In this document: positions 43,375-53,279 of the stretch, in pieces | Position numbering within the stretch: position 1 is the first letter of the stretch | Layout: the number at the start of each line of letters is the position of its first letter | Origin: a virus | Direction: 5' to 3' (one strand) | Length of the DNA: 64,000 nucleotides | Virus record (IMG/VR): IMGVR_UViG_2537562057_000004 | Notes under the pieces: model-generated | Told to the model about the DNA's origin: nothing | Databases searched by the model: none | What the model saw: only the letters and a program-made list of their open reading frames with translations | Made by a program: the position numbers and the translations under genes

Positions 43375-43641
43375 TCACATCTGTTTATAGATAACATCTC
43401 GCCTATCTACATCAAGAACAAGAACTACGACTACATCATCCTTGACTTGATATAAAAGGCGGTATCCTGCTGATTTCAGTTTAATCTTATATAGATCAAC
43501 TGATCCTCTCAGCTTATTCTTCGGTATCTTAGGGTTATCTAGGATTGCTTCCAGCTTACGAATAAACTGCTCAGCGATTTGTGGGTTAAGTTTGTCAAAC
43601 TTTTTAAGAGCTGTTTTTGAGAACTCTAGCTCGTAACTCAT
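43375..43641 (-). CDS. relE: RelE/StbE family toxin
   Basis: MSYELEFSKTALKKFDKL..YKIKLKSAGYRLLYQV. Confidence 0.9.
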   Translation of the reverse strand: MSYELEFSKTALKKFDKLNPQIAEQFIRKLEAILDNPKIPKNKLRGSVDLYKIKLKSAGYRLLYQVKDDVVVVLVLDVDRRDVIYKQM

Positions 43642-43879
43642 TAATAGATACCTTCACAGTTTCGTCAGTATCAACTTGCTCGGCTAGTTTAATTAGTTCC
43701 TGATCTTCAATTAGATCCATCATGCGTTCATACATTGCTGCCGGAACACAGTAGAATTCTGGATTATTTCTATTCAGAATAGCTACTGCTTCGCCAAAAG
43801 CATTTTGTACAACTGCTGTAGGATTCTTTTTTAATTCAGAAACACTAGCCACAAATCGACTATGGATTATGTGGTTCAT
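43604..43879 (-). CDS. Phd/YefM (StbD-like) antitoxin
   Basis: ASVSELKKNP..VAILNRNNPEFYCVP. Confidence 0.88.
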   Translation of the reverse strand: MNHIIHSRFVASVSELKKNPTAVVQNAFGEAVAILNRNNPEFYCVPAAMYERMMDLIEDQELIKLAEQVDTDETVKVSINELRARVLKNSS

Positions 43880-44071
43880 GACGTTTCTCATTTGATGTGT
43901 CCTACATCAATTTGTAGCCAATTGATTAGAACCGTCCTCAGAAAGTTAAGTTTGCTACAGGGTTAACTCAATATAAACAATTTGAAGATCTGTTTCAAGA
44001 CCTGTTTAACAACCACTTAATAGGTCTTAATAAAAAAGCCACCCTAAAAGGTAGCTTTTTAAATCAGCTTT

Positions 44072-44124
44072 TTATCCAATATTTGGTGGTACTCGCAGAA
44101 CCTGTACTGAAGGTACACCCCGAT
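44072..44124. repeat. 53-bp copy of the 3' end of the sheath N-domain gene (45865-45917)
   Basis: 52/53 identical by eye. Confidence 0.85.
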
Positions 44125-44258
44125 ACACACCCATGAAGCATATCGTTGATGGCATTGGCTTAGATTGGGCTTCTCAGTTTGTTAAGTTAAAACAAATAGT
44201 TAATCAAGTTGTTATGATTTTCATAATAACTGATTTTCTTGTAATGTGCCTAAAATAG
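44124..44258 (+). pseudogene. Antirepressor N-terminal remnant
   Basis: YTPMKHIVDGIGLDWASQFVKLKQ, homologous to YTPMKPIVEGMGLAWQSQLAKL of the 44883 ORF. Confidence 0.7.
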
Positions 44259-44335
44259 AAAGGATCTGATTCAGTACTGGGCAACTTTGTTCTAGCTGTA
44301 TTTACTGCCGGTGCATAAGCTAAAGCTTTGGACAT
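44204..44335 (-). pseudogene. Truncated paralogue of the 18251-19063 gene (43-aa ORF)
   Basis: MSKALAYAPAVNTARTKLPSTESDPFY 26/27 identical, many synonymous differences. Confidence 0.8.
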
Positions 44336-44364
44336 AATAATGACCCTATTCATTGAATAAAGCC

Positions 44365-44405
44365 ATTATTTACAATGAGGAAAGCTTAGAAGTTAGTTAG
44401 TTCCA
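44365..44405 (-). promoter_or_regulatory. Putative late promoter of truncated paralogue
   Basis: TGGAAC-N29-AATAAT. Confidence 0.6.
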
Positions 44406-44424
44406 ACTCCACAAGAAAAATATT

Positions 44425-44679
44425 TTAGTTTTCGATATCTTTATCATCACATTCAAGCCAAAAGACATCTTCAAACTTCTCGCATACACCAGCTTTTTTT
44501 AGTTCGGTGTAAATGAGTAAGGCACGATAAACACTGATGTGTTTTCCTGCTTCTGCATCTTTTATATACCTATTAAGCACATGATTATTTGATATAAATC
44601 CGCATTGTTTAGCTAATTGATAAACTGTCATACCAGCTTGCTCTCGCAAAGTTGCGACATTGTTTTTTTCAACCATCAC
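44425..44679 (-). CDS. Cro/XRE-like HTH regulator
   Basis: NNVATLREQAGMTVYQLAKQCG; divergent from antirepressor. Confidence 0.75.
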   Translation of the reverse strand: MMVEKNNVATLREQAGMTVYQLAKQCGFISNNHVLNRYIKDAEAGKHISVYRALLIYTELKKAGVCEKFEDVFWLECDDKDIEN

Positions 44680-44882
44680 GATATACCAAAAAATATTTAG
44701 TTCAGTGTATCACAAGAACAATTGCTATTAAATATAATTTTATTAATACTCGTAATTGCTATTATATTTAATAGTTGTTATATTTAACTCATCAGGACAG
44801 GATATGGTCTTGATAAAAAGAACCCCTTGTACCGATCAAAGTAAACAAGGGGTTATATCCAATCTCTAAGAGGAAATTAGAC

Positions 44883-45779
44883 ATGACTACTTTAACTCAA
44901 ATCACCGTACCTTTCCACAATGCTGAGTTGTACTTGGTGGAACATGATGGTCAGCCATATACACCCATGAAGCCTATTGTTGAGGGTATGGGGTTAGCTT
45001 GGCAGTCTCAATTAGCAAAACTGAATGCCAATCCTCAACGATGGGGTATAACGAAAATCGTTATACCTACTCTTGGCGACTTACAGGAAATGGTTTGTCT
45101 ACCACTAAGAAAACTTCTTGCTTGGCTCACCACCATCAGTCCTAACAAAGTAAAACCTGAACTTCGTGACACTGTCATCATGTACCAAAACGAATGTGAT
45201 GATGTCTTATGGAATTACTGGACAAAAGGCCAAGTAATCAATCATAGAAAAGCTATCTCACCTGAACAACAGCATGCTTTACATGCAATCGTCGATCGTC
45301 GTGCAGGAAAAGATCGAAGTTTAAGAGCCTCTATGTGGATACGTCATAATCGCCACTTTGGAATTGCTAAATATAGCCAATTGCTTTCAATCCATTTTGA
45401 TGATGCGAAGCAGTATCTTGAGACAATACCACTTCATGAGCTAGGCCCAACCGAAACAGATACACTTAAACGTTTAGAAAAATTTGTAGATAATCTCGCT
45501 GCACGGTATCCAGCATTAGAAAATCCGCTAGCTTATGAAATAGCACAGCATGTAGGTGAGAAGCTAAAGTATCAATCTCCCAAAGGTCCGAAAAACTTCT
45601 GGATTTCGATTCAGGAAAACGGCGCTCTTTCAGTACAGCAATATTCTCTACACCACACGCCCATTAATGTCGTGCAACTACGCGAAAAGTTTAATGGGCT
45701 ATGGGAGTTTCTTCATAAGGATGAAGTACTTGAGCTTGGCAAAGTATTAAAACGCTTTCCTTTTGAACCTGTGAACTGA
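44883..45779 (+). CDS. Phage antirepressor (P22AR N-terminal domain)
   Basis: VPFHNAELY..PMKPIVEGMGLAW..MVCLPLRKLLAWL..YQNECDDVLWNYWTKG. Confidence 0.88.
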   Translation: MTTLTQITVPFHNAELYLVEHDGQPYTPMKPIVEGMGLAWQSQLAKLNANPQRWGITKIVIPTLGDLQEMVCLPLRKLLAWLTTISPNKVKPELRDTVIMYQNECDDVLWNYWTKGQVINHRKAISPEQQHALHAIVDRRAGKDRSLRASMWIRHNRHFGIAKYSQLLSIHFDDAKQYLETIPLHELGPTETDTLKRLEKFVDNLAARYPALENPLAYEIAQHVGEKLKYQSPKGPKNFWISIQENGALSVQQYSLHHTPINVVQLREKFNGLWEFLHKDEVLELGKVLKRFPFEPVN

Positions 45780-45829
45780 AAGGGCATATCATTAAATTAA
45801 GACGTTCCTACTGGAACTCCCCTTATATT

Positions 45830-45859
45830 AAAGCCAGCTATACAGCTGGCTTTCTTTTT
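45830..45859. terminator. Bidirectional terminator
   Basis: AAAGCCAGCTATACAGCTGGCTTTCTTTTT. Confidence 0.7.
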
Positions 45860-45864
45860 AGAAC

Positions 45865-46143
45865 TTATCCAATATTTGGTGGTACTCGCAGAACCTGTAA
45901 TGAAGGTACACCCCGATCTAGCGCATCTTGGACACAACGATAATCAGGATTATTTGGTTCATAACCAAGTTCACCACGGATATTACCCTTATGTATTGTC
46001 ATCGGTGCATCAAAACGCCCACGCATAAAACGACCAATAATAATTGTGTCAGTTAATGATTGATTGGTCTTTATTTCTGTTTTATCAGTTTTTTTCTGAT
46101 ATTGAATACCAGGCGCTTCACCTATGATTTGAGTTGTATTCAT
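45865..46143 (-). CDS. Stand-alone tail-sheath N-terminal-domain-like protein
   Basis: GEAPGIQYQ..IIGRFMRGRFDAPMTI..LGY..VQDALDRGVPSLQVLRV. Confidence 0.55.
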   Translation of the reverse strand: MNTTQIIGEAPGIQYQKKTDKTEIKTNQSLTDTIIIGRFMRGRFDAPMTIHKGNIRGELGYEPNNPDYRCVQDALDRGVPSLQVLRVPPNIG

Positions 46144-46204
46144 GAGTATTTCCTTAATTAAATGGATTATAGGTAAAGCCAAAAATGACCTTACCTATGA
46201 GTAA

Positions 46205-46972
46205 TTAGTAAATACCTAAGCGTTTACCTTTTTTGAATGAACGTAAACGCTTGTTGATTGCATTTGCAGTAAAAGCATGAAGTCGAGCTTTTTTCATACC
46301 AGCTTTTTGTGCTGCAGTTAAACGGACCTTTTGACCAGGTAATCGTTTATTCACAACGGTTTTGACACCTTGACGAATAGCCAGCACACCACGGTAGTGA
46401 ATTTTTCGCCCATTTACTTTCCGTTGGCTAAATGCTCCATTTCGAGCTTTAATTTTTTTAGCCATTGAATCGAAACCTTCTTCAGTTTCATCTGCTTCAC
46501 CGAAAATAAACTCACGAACCAGTTCTTCAAGTTCAGGGCCTTCGTCTGGCATATTAGCAAGAACTGTATTGGCTGCTGCTTCTAACGCCGCATCAGCAAC
46601 TTCTGTATCATCACTAAAGATCTCTTCAATATCAGTAGCGTCAACGCCAAATGTTAAGAAAGCATCGGAAAGAGACGCCATCAAAGCGTTTTCATAGATA
46701 CCGTCTTCATCATCTGCACCATCTAATGCATCGACAATTAATGCGTCTAAATGATCAACGCCCAGTTCACCTTCTTCAAGCTTACCTTCACTGATTGTAT
46801 CTACCGTATCAGATAGAATGTTCAGAGCAATTTGTCGTACTTGTTCAATCACAGATTGCTGTTCTCGATCAGTACTTGAAACCTTACTTACAACGGTAGA
46901 AATATTCTCCGCTGCTGAATCAAAAGCACGTAAAGCTAAAGGTTTTTCTGTAGTTGGGCCAAATGGATTCAT
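46205..46972 (-). CDS. Prohead core/internal head protein (acidic with basic C-terminus)
   Basis: Very acidic body, K/R-rich tail RLTAAQKAGMKKAR..KRLRSFKKGKRLG. Confidence 0.5.
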   Translation of the reverse strand: MNPFGPTTEKPLALRAFDSAAENISTVVSKVSSTDREQQSVIEQVRQIALNILSDTVDTISEGKLEEGELGVDHLDALIVDALDGADDEDGIYENALMASLSDAFLTFGVDATDIEEIFSDDTEVADAALEAAANTVLANMPDEGPELEELVREFIFGEADETEEGFDSMAKKIKARNGAFSQRKVNGRKIHYRGVLAIRQGVKTVVNKRLPGQKVRLTAAQKAGMKKARLHAFTANAINKRLRSFKKGKRLGIY

Positions 46973-46990
46973 CTTGATAGATCCTTAAAA

Positions 46991-48286
46991 TTATTTAACT
47001 AAAACGTCGTCATCAAAAATTGCGGCACGAGTTGTACCAACAACTCCATGGGCTAAATAGAGTCGTACACGCTCATATGGATAGTCTTTGTCAGGTATTA
47101 AACTGAACTCAAAAGGTTTACCACCTAGATCTTCAGCCGGTTGTAACCAACCGGTTGTTTCACTAGAAGCACCCTCTAAAAACTCTTGAATTTCATCACC
47201 AGCTTTTTTGATATAGTCCGGTGTAGCTTGGAACATGTAAGTTCTAAGGATTTCGATACATTTATTCGTAACTCGTGCCGCAATCTCAGCTGCAGGAACT
47301 AAACGCAATGCACTATTTTTACTTTGATACTGGGTTAATACATCACTTAAAACGAATAATGTAGTTTCAAACTTAACTGGGCGAACTACATTTACTTTAG
47401 CCTTAGCCAACATTTCTTGAGTCTGTTCATCTTCAAGATCAATATTCGGCATCTGGCTTAAGTTTTTTGCTGTAAAGGGATAATCTTTCCAAGCTACTGC
47501 ATTTTTTAACGGCGCAAAGCCTTGTTTATTTAACTTTGCATTACGTAATAATTTATCGCCGATGTAATGGCCCAAATAATAAGCTGGTACCTTTCGACCT
47601 CTTAGCGTGACAGCATCAGATGGGCGGCAAAGGTTCGGGCTCCAAATGAATTGAACAAACTGAGATTGAGCATCTACGCTTGTCGCAAATTGAGCTGCTT
47701 GCTCAGCTGTAAAAGTTGGGTTGATTTCAGCATCCAAAGGAATACGTAATTTTGTAGCTGCACGTTGAGCCGCAACATAAATTGGTAAATCATGAGGATT
47801 TGGTAAAGTCAGATATGCTGGTGTGCTTAATTGGCTTGTCAGAATTTTATATAGTTCATCTGGATTAAATGACGGTAACGATTCGTCTTCCAATGCCATC
47901 GTTTTTGATGCACGACCTAAGCTATTTGATTCGTTATAAGCATTAGATTTGAGAATTGCTTGTAACGCATCAATACCTAACGATAAATCAAATCGCTCGA
48001 AATATTCTTTCGCATCAGCTACAGCGACAATAGAAGCGGAATTTTCAATGTCTCCATCTACTAATCCCTGAACAGTAACAATTTGGTCACCAGTTACCGC
48101 ATCACGTATTTCTAAACGCATAGAAATATCTGCAGGTCCACGTGGGCTTGAAACTTTCGCAAAAAAGGCCACATTGATTTCTGCACTTGCAAGATAACTG
48201 TATGTATCAAATTCTAATTTCAGTGATGGACTGTCCCCTGCTACAAGGGATAGCTCACCTGTACTTGATAGAGCAAGTATATTCAT
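46991..48286 (-). CDS. Tail sheath protein (P1 gp22-like), lacking N-terminal domain
   Basis: KVNVVRPVKF..SDVLTQY..LRLVPAAEI..GWLQPAEDLGGKPF..PYERVRL. Confidence 0.7.
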   Translation of the reverse strand: MNILALSSTGELSLVAGDSPSLKLEFDTYSYLASAEINVAFFAKVSSPRGPADISMRLEIRDAVTGDQIVTVQGLVDGDIENSASIVAVADAKEYFERFDLSLGIDALQAILKSNAYNESNSLGRASKTMALEDESLPSFNPDELYKILTSQLSTPAYLTLPNPHDLPIYVAAQRAATKLRIPLDAEINPTFTAEQAAQFATSVDAQSQFVQFIWSPNLCRPSDAVTLRGRKVPAYYLGHYIGDKLLRNAKLNKQGFAPLKNAVAWKDYPFTAKNLSQMPNIDLEDEQTQEMLAKAKVNVVRPVKFETTLFVLSDVLTQYQSKNSALRLVPAAEIAARVTNKCIEILRTYMFQATPDYIKKAGDEIQEFLEGASSETTGWLQPAEDLGGKPFEFSLIPDKDYPYERVRLYLAHGVVGTTRAAIFDDDVLVK

Positions 48287-48319
48287 TACATTACACGCCC
48301 AAGGCTATTTGTTTTAAGT

Positions 48320-48360
48320 ATTTTGAGCCGTGGGAGTTTTTGATTTTCTGGCTAGTTCCA
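48320..48360 (-). promoter_or_regulatory. Putative late promoter
   Basis: TGGAAC-N29-CAAAAT. Confidence 0.65.
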
Positions 48361-48413
48361 ATGAAAAAAAACCACTCGAAAGTGGTTTTTTATTTCCTAA
48401 ATTTTATAATCCG

Positions 48414-48686
48414 CTAGCGGGCAGGCTCTTCTGCCTCAGTAGGTACAATTTGAAGTACATTACCTTTCAAGCCATTAATTTGATCTAAGTTATCTAGCAA
48501 TTGTTTATGAGCTTCGTCACCGATCAAAGTGAATGTAACCTTTTGACCAGCTTGTACTAAAACTTGTGTAAATGGTTCGGTAATGTCACTTAAACCTTTA
48601 TTTTGAAGTGTAATACTTCGTTCAGTTGGTTGATCACCTACAGCATCCATAATTGGGTTCGTGCCATCAATAATGAAAATAGTCAT
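48414..48686 (-). CDS. Small virion protein, paralogous to C-terminus of upstream ORF
   Basis: ITLQNKGLSDITEPFTQVLVQAG resembles IHVTNNGFSTVLEPLSRVAIEAG. Confidence 0.55.
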   Translation of the reverse strand: MTIFIIDGTNPIMDAVGDQPTERSITLQNKGLSDITEPFTQVLVQAGQKVTFTLIGDEAHKQLLDNLDQINGLKGNVLQIVPTEAEEPAR

Positions 48687-48690
48687 CTTG

Positions 48691-49314
48691 TTACTCAACA
48701 GTTAGATTCTTACCAAGCCCCTTCAACTGACGTATGTTTTCCAGTACTTGATGTTTAAATGTTTGGTTATGACACGTAATACTTGCTGTTTTACCTGCCT
48801 CAATAGCAACACGAGATAACGGTTCTAAAACAGTTGAAAATCCGTTATTAGTCACATGAATAACTAGAGAATCCAGACTACTAATGCTTGAACCAGCTAG
48901 ATTTTCTACAATTTGATGTTCGGCTTTGGGAATATCAGTTTCTTTAGTTTTATTTGCTACATACCCTAACTCATCAACATTCCAACTAATTTTGGAATCA
49001 AGATCTTTTAAAGGTGAGACAGACTCATTTGATGATTCAGTTGAGTTTCCATTATCTATAGTACTTGAATCTTCATTATCTGAATCGCCATTTTTCAAAT
49101 CAGTAGGTTTATTACCTTCATCTTGAGATGCGCCGTTTTCAGGACCTTGGCTATTTAACAAATCACCTTGGTCTGAAGCTGTTTCATCTCCAGTTTGGGT
49201 ATTCTGTGCTTCTGTAGTTTTATTGGTTTTATTACGTGTGTTTTTTGATTTAGTAGTCACTTTTTCGTCAGTTGAAACTAAAGTTTCATCAGTGTTTTGA
49301 GTTGCTGCAGCCAT
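48691..49314 (-). CDS. Virion protein with disordered N-terminus
   Basis: ORF downstream of capsid gene. Confidence 0.55.
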   Translation of the reverse strand: MAAATQNTDETLVSTDEKVTTKSKNTRNKTNKTTEAQNTQTGDETASDQGDLLNSQGPENGASQDEGNKPTDLKNGDSDNEDSSTIDNGNSTESSNESVSPLKDLDSKISWNVDELGYVANKTKETDIPKAEHQIVENLAGSSISSLDSLVIHVTNNGFSTVLEPLSRVAIEAGKTASITCHNQTFKHQVLENIRQLKGLGKNLTVE

Positions 49315-49377
49315 GAGATTATCCTTTAAATAAATAAGGGAAAAAGGCGCATCGAAATGCGCCTTATTTTGTATTAC

Positions 49378-51156
49378 TTACGATTTTTTAAGAGATGGCA
49401 TATTGATACAGTGAATGACATAGCTTTGGTCAGCGTATCGGTCCAATGGGTTCATTTCAGCAGCTTGAGAGCCAATTAAAGTTAGTACTGATTCACGTGC
49501 ATCTGGGCGTGTTTCAATAACTGAGAGAGGTGTTTGAATAAACCCAACAAACGGCGCTCGAATTGGCTCATTACCACGGCCTACTAAAAGCATATCAAAT
49601 GCTGTATCAGTTTCTGCTACAAGCTCTTGAGCTGTTGGCGCATGATAAACGTTGGTACCATCTGCAAGTGTACCAATACGAACAATTTGACCATATCCAG
49701 CAGAGTACCCAGTTTTTGTCGGCATCTTATCGCTAGAAAGTTGGTTAAAGAATACTGCACCACTATCCCCAACATACAAATCGTATGCAACAGTAGAACC
49801 ACCAGTACGCTGATTAATATCCATTTTTGCAGCAGAAATGAACTTCATTACTTCGCCAAACAGATCACCAGTGGTATTAAACGCAGCTGCCAATTTACCA
49901 GTTACACCACGAGAAGCATCAAAAGTAATTTCGTGGCCTGAGTATTCAGCTAAATCTTTTGCTTCACCTAAAAGACGGACCGTTTGCTCCAAGAAAACTT
50001 TACCTTGAATAATTGCTAAAGCTTGACCTAAGAAGCCGAGTTTGAGTTCATTATTCAACTGAGTCTGCAATAAGGTGGCCGCTGTAACCTGTGCCATAAT
50101 TGGTGAAGCCACCAAATTTTCATATTCAGGTTCAAAATCAACACCAACAGGCGTCATTAAGAAGTTACCATTTCCATCACGCGCATCAAAATCAGCGACA
50201 AGATGAACTTCAACTTTAGCACCAGCAGGTAAAGCTTCATTTAAAGTCACGCTAATTTTGCTAGCATTAAGGTCAATTTCACTACCAACAACACGATACT
50301 CTACGCCGTTTACAAATACGTTTTTTTCAGCGATAGCGGAAATCTTGCCAGAAAATTTTGATTTACTACGGTTTCGAGTATGCGCGACTTCTTTACCGTT
50401 GATTTTGATTGATACATTACCAGCAATGAATGGAAGCAACTTAGCATTTACATCAGGGGTTTTAGCCTTGAAATCTTCATAACCGGTTCGTGCTACTACT
50501 GAGTAAGTTGTACCTGCACCACCATTTGACAATGCAAAACGTAAACGGCCCTCTACATATGGCTTTGAGGCATTTGCACCGTCTAAGTATTCTGATTTCT
50601 TCATTGCACCAAAATCACGATTGGTGACAAAACGAATAGATACTAACGGAACTTCATTTGATCCATTAGAATTTGGAATCATTGCGACAATTGGCGTTGC
50701 ATAAGCGATAACGTTTGCAATGGTTGCTACAGTAATCGCTGGGACGATACTTACAGATTCATGATGCTGATGATTTACATCATCAAATCCAGATTCATTA
50801 ATACTGTCATAATAGCTAATAGTATCAGTTGGCAAAGAACCAGCTTGTTTAGCACCACTTAAACCAGCAGTTAACGCAGCTGCAATGATTGAAGGATGCG
50901 GTAATTCACCCCCATGGCGTGCTTGATATTGTGATACCCCAAACATCACAGCTTTATCAACTTCTGGCGCATATTCGATGCCAATTGAATCAAAAATTGC
51001 TTTTAATACTTCTGGGTACTCTTCTGCCGCTGTTTGTGCACTGTCAAACCCATTTTCAAGCTCATCAGGACTTTTGAAATAGTAATTTCGGCACTGAGCT
51101 GTAGCAATTTGTTGAGCCTCATACTTTTTACGAATTTCTTCTGATAACACAGTCAT
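49378..51156 (-). CDS. Major capsid protein (P1 gp23-like)
   Basis: 592 aa; YQARHGGELPHPSIIAAA propeptide; EMNPLDRYADQ C-terminus; strong terminator. Confidence 0.75.
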   Translation of the reverse strand: MTVLSEEIRKKYEAQQIATAQCRNYYFKSPDELENGFDSAQTAAEEYPEVLKAIFDSIGIEYAPEVDKAVMFGVSQYQARHGGELPHPSIIAAALTAGLSGAKQAGSLPTDTISYYDSINESGFDDVNHQHHESVSIVPAITVATIANVIAYATPIVAMIPNSNGSNEVPLVSIRFVTNRDFGAMKKSEYLDGANASKPYVEGRLRFALSNGGAGTTYSVVARTGYEDFKAKTPDVNAKLLPFIAGNVSIKINGKEVAHTRNRSKSKFSGKISAIAEKNVFVNGVEYRVVGSEIDLNASKISVTLNEALPAGAKVEVHLVADFDARDGNGNFLMTPVGVDFEPEYENLVASPIMAQVTAATLLQTQLNNELKLGFLGQALAIIQGKVFLEQTVRLLGEAKDLAEYSGHEITFDASRGVTGKLAAAFNTTGDLFGEVMKFISAAKMDINQRTGGSTVAYDLYVGDSGAVFFNQLSSDKMPTKTGYSAGYGQIVRIGTLADGTNVYHAPTAQELVAETDTAFDMLLVGRGNEPIRAPFVGFIQTPLSVIETRPDARESVLTLIGSQAAEMNPLDRYADQSYVIHCINMPSLKKS

Positions 51157-51194
51157 TTTAAACCAGCCTTTGGCTTTCTATGTAAGATGCAGAA

Positions 51195-51235
51195 AGTCTG
51201 ACATGGCCTATTTTTACTAAAGCTGGTCGGTTCCA
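51195..51235 (-). promoter_or_regulatory. Putative late promoter (capsid)
   Basis: TGGAAC-N29-CAGACT. Confidence 0.65.
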
Positions 51236-51310
51236 AACATAAAAAAGTCCCCAAAATTGAGGACAAAGAAAATGTAGCTAAAGGACCATCTCAGCCCTTT
51301 ATTTATATAG

Positions 51311-51613
51311 CTATCCACTTACTCCACTAGAAACATAAATCTCTACATTATCACCTGCTTTTACTTTATAACGGAGCTTATCCCAGCAATGCTGTCTAAA
51401 CGGTTCAGTATCTGGCGCAGCAGCTGTTAATGTAAGAATAGACACCCAGTGAGAATCGTTTTGCGGATCTGCATATGGAATATTGCTTCCGAAAAACTCT
51501 ACTTCTGCCCCGTTCCCGATTACCTGGTAATTGAAAATTGCAGAAGTACATTGTTCAGCTATTTCAATGTCACCTGTCTTTTTACCTTTTTCATTGAATA
51601 TTAAATAGCTCAT
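51311..51613 (-). CDS. Hypothetical virion protein
   Basis: Translationally coupled ORF in structural operon. Confidence 0.55.
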   Translation of the reverse strand: MSYLIFNEKGKKTGDIEIAEQCTSAIFNYQVIGNGAEVEFFGSNIPYADPQNDSHWVSILTLTAAAPDTEPFRQHCWDKLRYKVKAGDNVEIYVSSGVSG

Positions 51614-52158
51614 TTAGTTTCTCCATCACCTATAGGTGAAATAAACAAATCATCTCTACGGTTTAAAACATACTTACTGCCAAAATCTGCCATGAGGCTA
51701 AAACCAGTAATATTCACAATCTCAAACCACAACATTAAATTTTCATAAATCATTAATCCTAAAAGGTCCCCTTCTTTAAGAATCAAGTCGGGGATGTTGA
51801 TTATCCTTTCCAATACATCTTCCAACTCATCATTAAATGGCTCTACTTGAGCAGTTAATACCAAATCTGAGGGGTTATTCATTGAGAAGTTCTTTTGAAT
51901 ATAACCACCATTAAATTTATCGAAATGAACATAAGCAGCGCCCTTATATTCATACTTGTAGTTGGGTTCGTCTTGGATCGATAAAGTGTTCGCTTCAAAA
52001 GAAAGAGGATCTAAAGGTTTTGAATCTTCAGCCGGATTATTGAAAATTACTTCTTTTCGCCAAATTTGCGCTGGAATACTTGCTAGAGCATTCATAACAA
52101 CGCGTCTAGCTGCTAAACGGCGTCCATTTGCAACTTGATTTACTGATCTATTTAGCAT
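51610..52158 (-). CDS. Head closure/neck-like protein
   Basis: Coupled ORF, beta-rich; structural operon context. Confidence 0.45.
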   Translation of the reverse strand: MLNRSVNQVANGRRLAARRVVMNALASIPAQIWRKEVIFNNPAEDSKPLDPLSFEANTLSIQDEPNYKYEYKGAAYVHFDKFNGGYIQKNFSMNNPSDLVLTAQVEPFNDELEDVLERIINIPDLILKEGDLLGLMIYENLMLWFEIVNITGFSLMADFGSKYVLNRRDDLFISPIGDGETK

Positions 52159-53278
52159 TTCGACTTAAACCTTTCATAAAGACATTTAACATGTCATTGT
52201 CGATTGCGCCTGATTTATGTAAGGCTTGAATTCTTTCAATTTGACTCGCTCTAACAGTTTCCACTTCAAAACGTTTGAGGGTTTTTAATTCGCGTTCTAA
52301 GAGCTTTTTGGCAACTTTATCAGCTCTACGCATCATTTCTTTTTCTGCTTTTTGGATATTGGCTTTGATTGGCTTAACAGAACCATTCATCAAATCCTTT
52401 ACTTGCTCGTTAATTGAATTCTGTATTTGCTTATCTGTTTGCTTATACCGTGCACCTACTTGTTTTTTACGGTCTTTCTCTACTTCCTTTTTAAGGTAGG
52501 CAATCCCAGATGGTGAACTAATCCACTTAACAACGCGCAATACATGCTTACATGCCACACCGGATAAATGCGGGTTACGTATCTTTGGAAAGCCGCCCTC
52601 ATCACGTCCTAAATTATAACCGCCAATAGTTGCCATATAGCGGTACCAGAACGTATGACGTTCGCAATCACACTGAAATTTGATTTTGCCTTTAGCCAAG
52701 CGGTTTTTGACGGTGTTTAATGCCTGTTTATCGATATCAAAAACAACAGATTTAAAGTTAGAAAACTCAATCTCAACGTGATGATTTAAAACTTTACTAT
52801 TTGGTCCGGCATTAGTAAGCAAGTGAACTAAACCAGCTTTTCTGCTTACTGGAACCGCCAAATAGATTTGCTCATTTGCCCGGTCAATATCGTCTTGTCG
52901 GCTTAAATTAATGATGTTTTGAGGGGTAATACCCTTACTATACTGATCTTTTAATAGTTGAATGTTTTCCTGAAATGCCAAGATATCATCACGGGTAATA
53001 CGCCGTGGTACTTCTCCATTTCGCTGACCTAATGTTGTAAAAAGTACCCTTTCGACATCATATTTTTCCCCTTGGGCAATATCTTGTGGTCGCAAGAACA
53101 TAGGTTTAGGGATCTTTCGTCCCCAATCATCATATTCAATTTCTTTTTCTGCAAATGCCCGCTGTTCTCTATCTGCACGCTGGCGGCTCTGTTGATCTCT
53201 ACGAACTCCACCATTTTGCAAAGACTGGTTTAATTGCAGCTGGGCACGGCGTAAATCATCTGGCTTGAATGCTGACAT
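52148..53278 (-). CDS. Phage protein with SWIM-like zinc finger
   Basis: FQCDCERHTFWYRY...ACKHVLRV. Confidence 0.6.
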   Translation of the reverse strand: MSAFKPDDLRRAQLQLNQSLQNGGVRRDQQSRQRADREQRAFAEKEIEYDDWGRKIPKPMFLRPQDIAQGEKYDVERVLFTTLGQRNGEVPRRITRDDILAFQENIQLLKDQYSKGITPQNIINLSRQDDIDRANEQIYLAVPVSRKAGLVHLLTNAGPNSKVLNHHVEIEFSNFKSVVFDIDKQALNTVKNRLAKGKIKFQCDCERHTFWYRYMATIGGYNLGRDEGGFPKIRNPHLSGVACKHVLRVVKWISSPSGIAYLKKEVEKDRKKQVGARYKQTDKQIQNSINEQVKDLMNGSVKPIKANIQKAEKEMMRRADKVAKKLLERELKTLKRFEVETVRASQIERIQALHKSGAIDNDMLNVFMKGLSRNAK

Positions 53279-53279
53279 T

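Noticed and set aside
43604..43641. Extended antitoxin C-terminus overlapping relE by 38 bp
   Set aside because: Probably trivial stop-codon drift; no functional signal
44651..44660. 10-nt complement (GTTGCGACAT) of the sRNA loop region near the HTH gene
   Set aside because: It lies on the non-coding strand of the HTH gene and upstream of the likely ant transcript; a 10-mer match is plausible by chance
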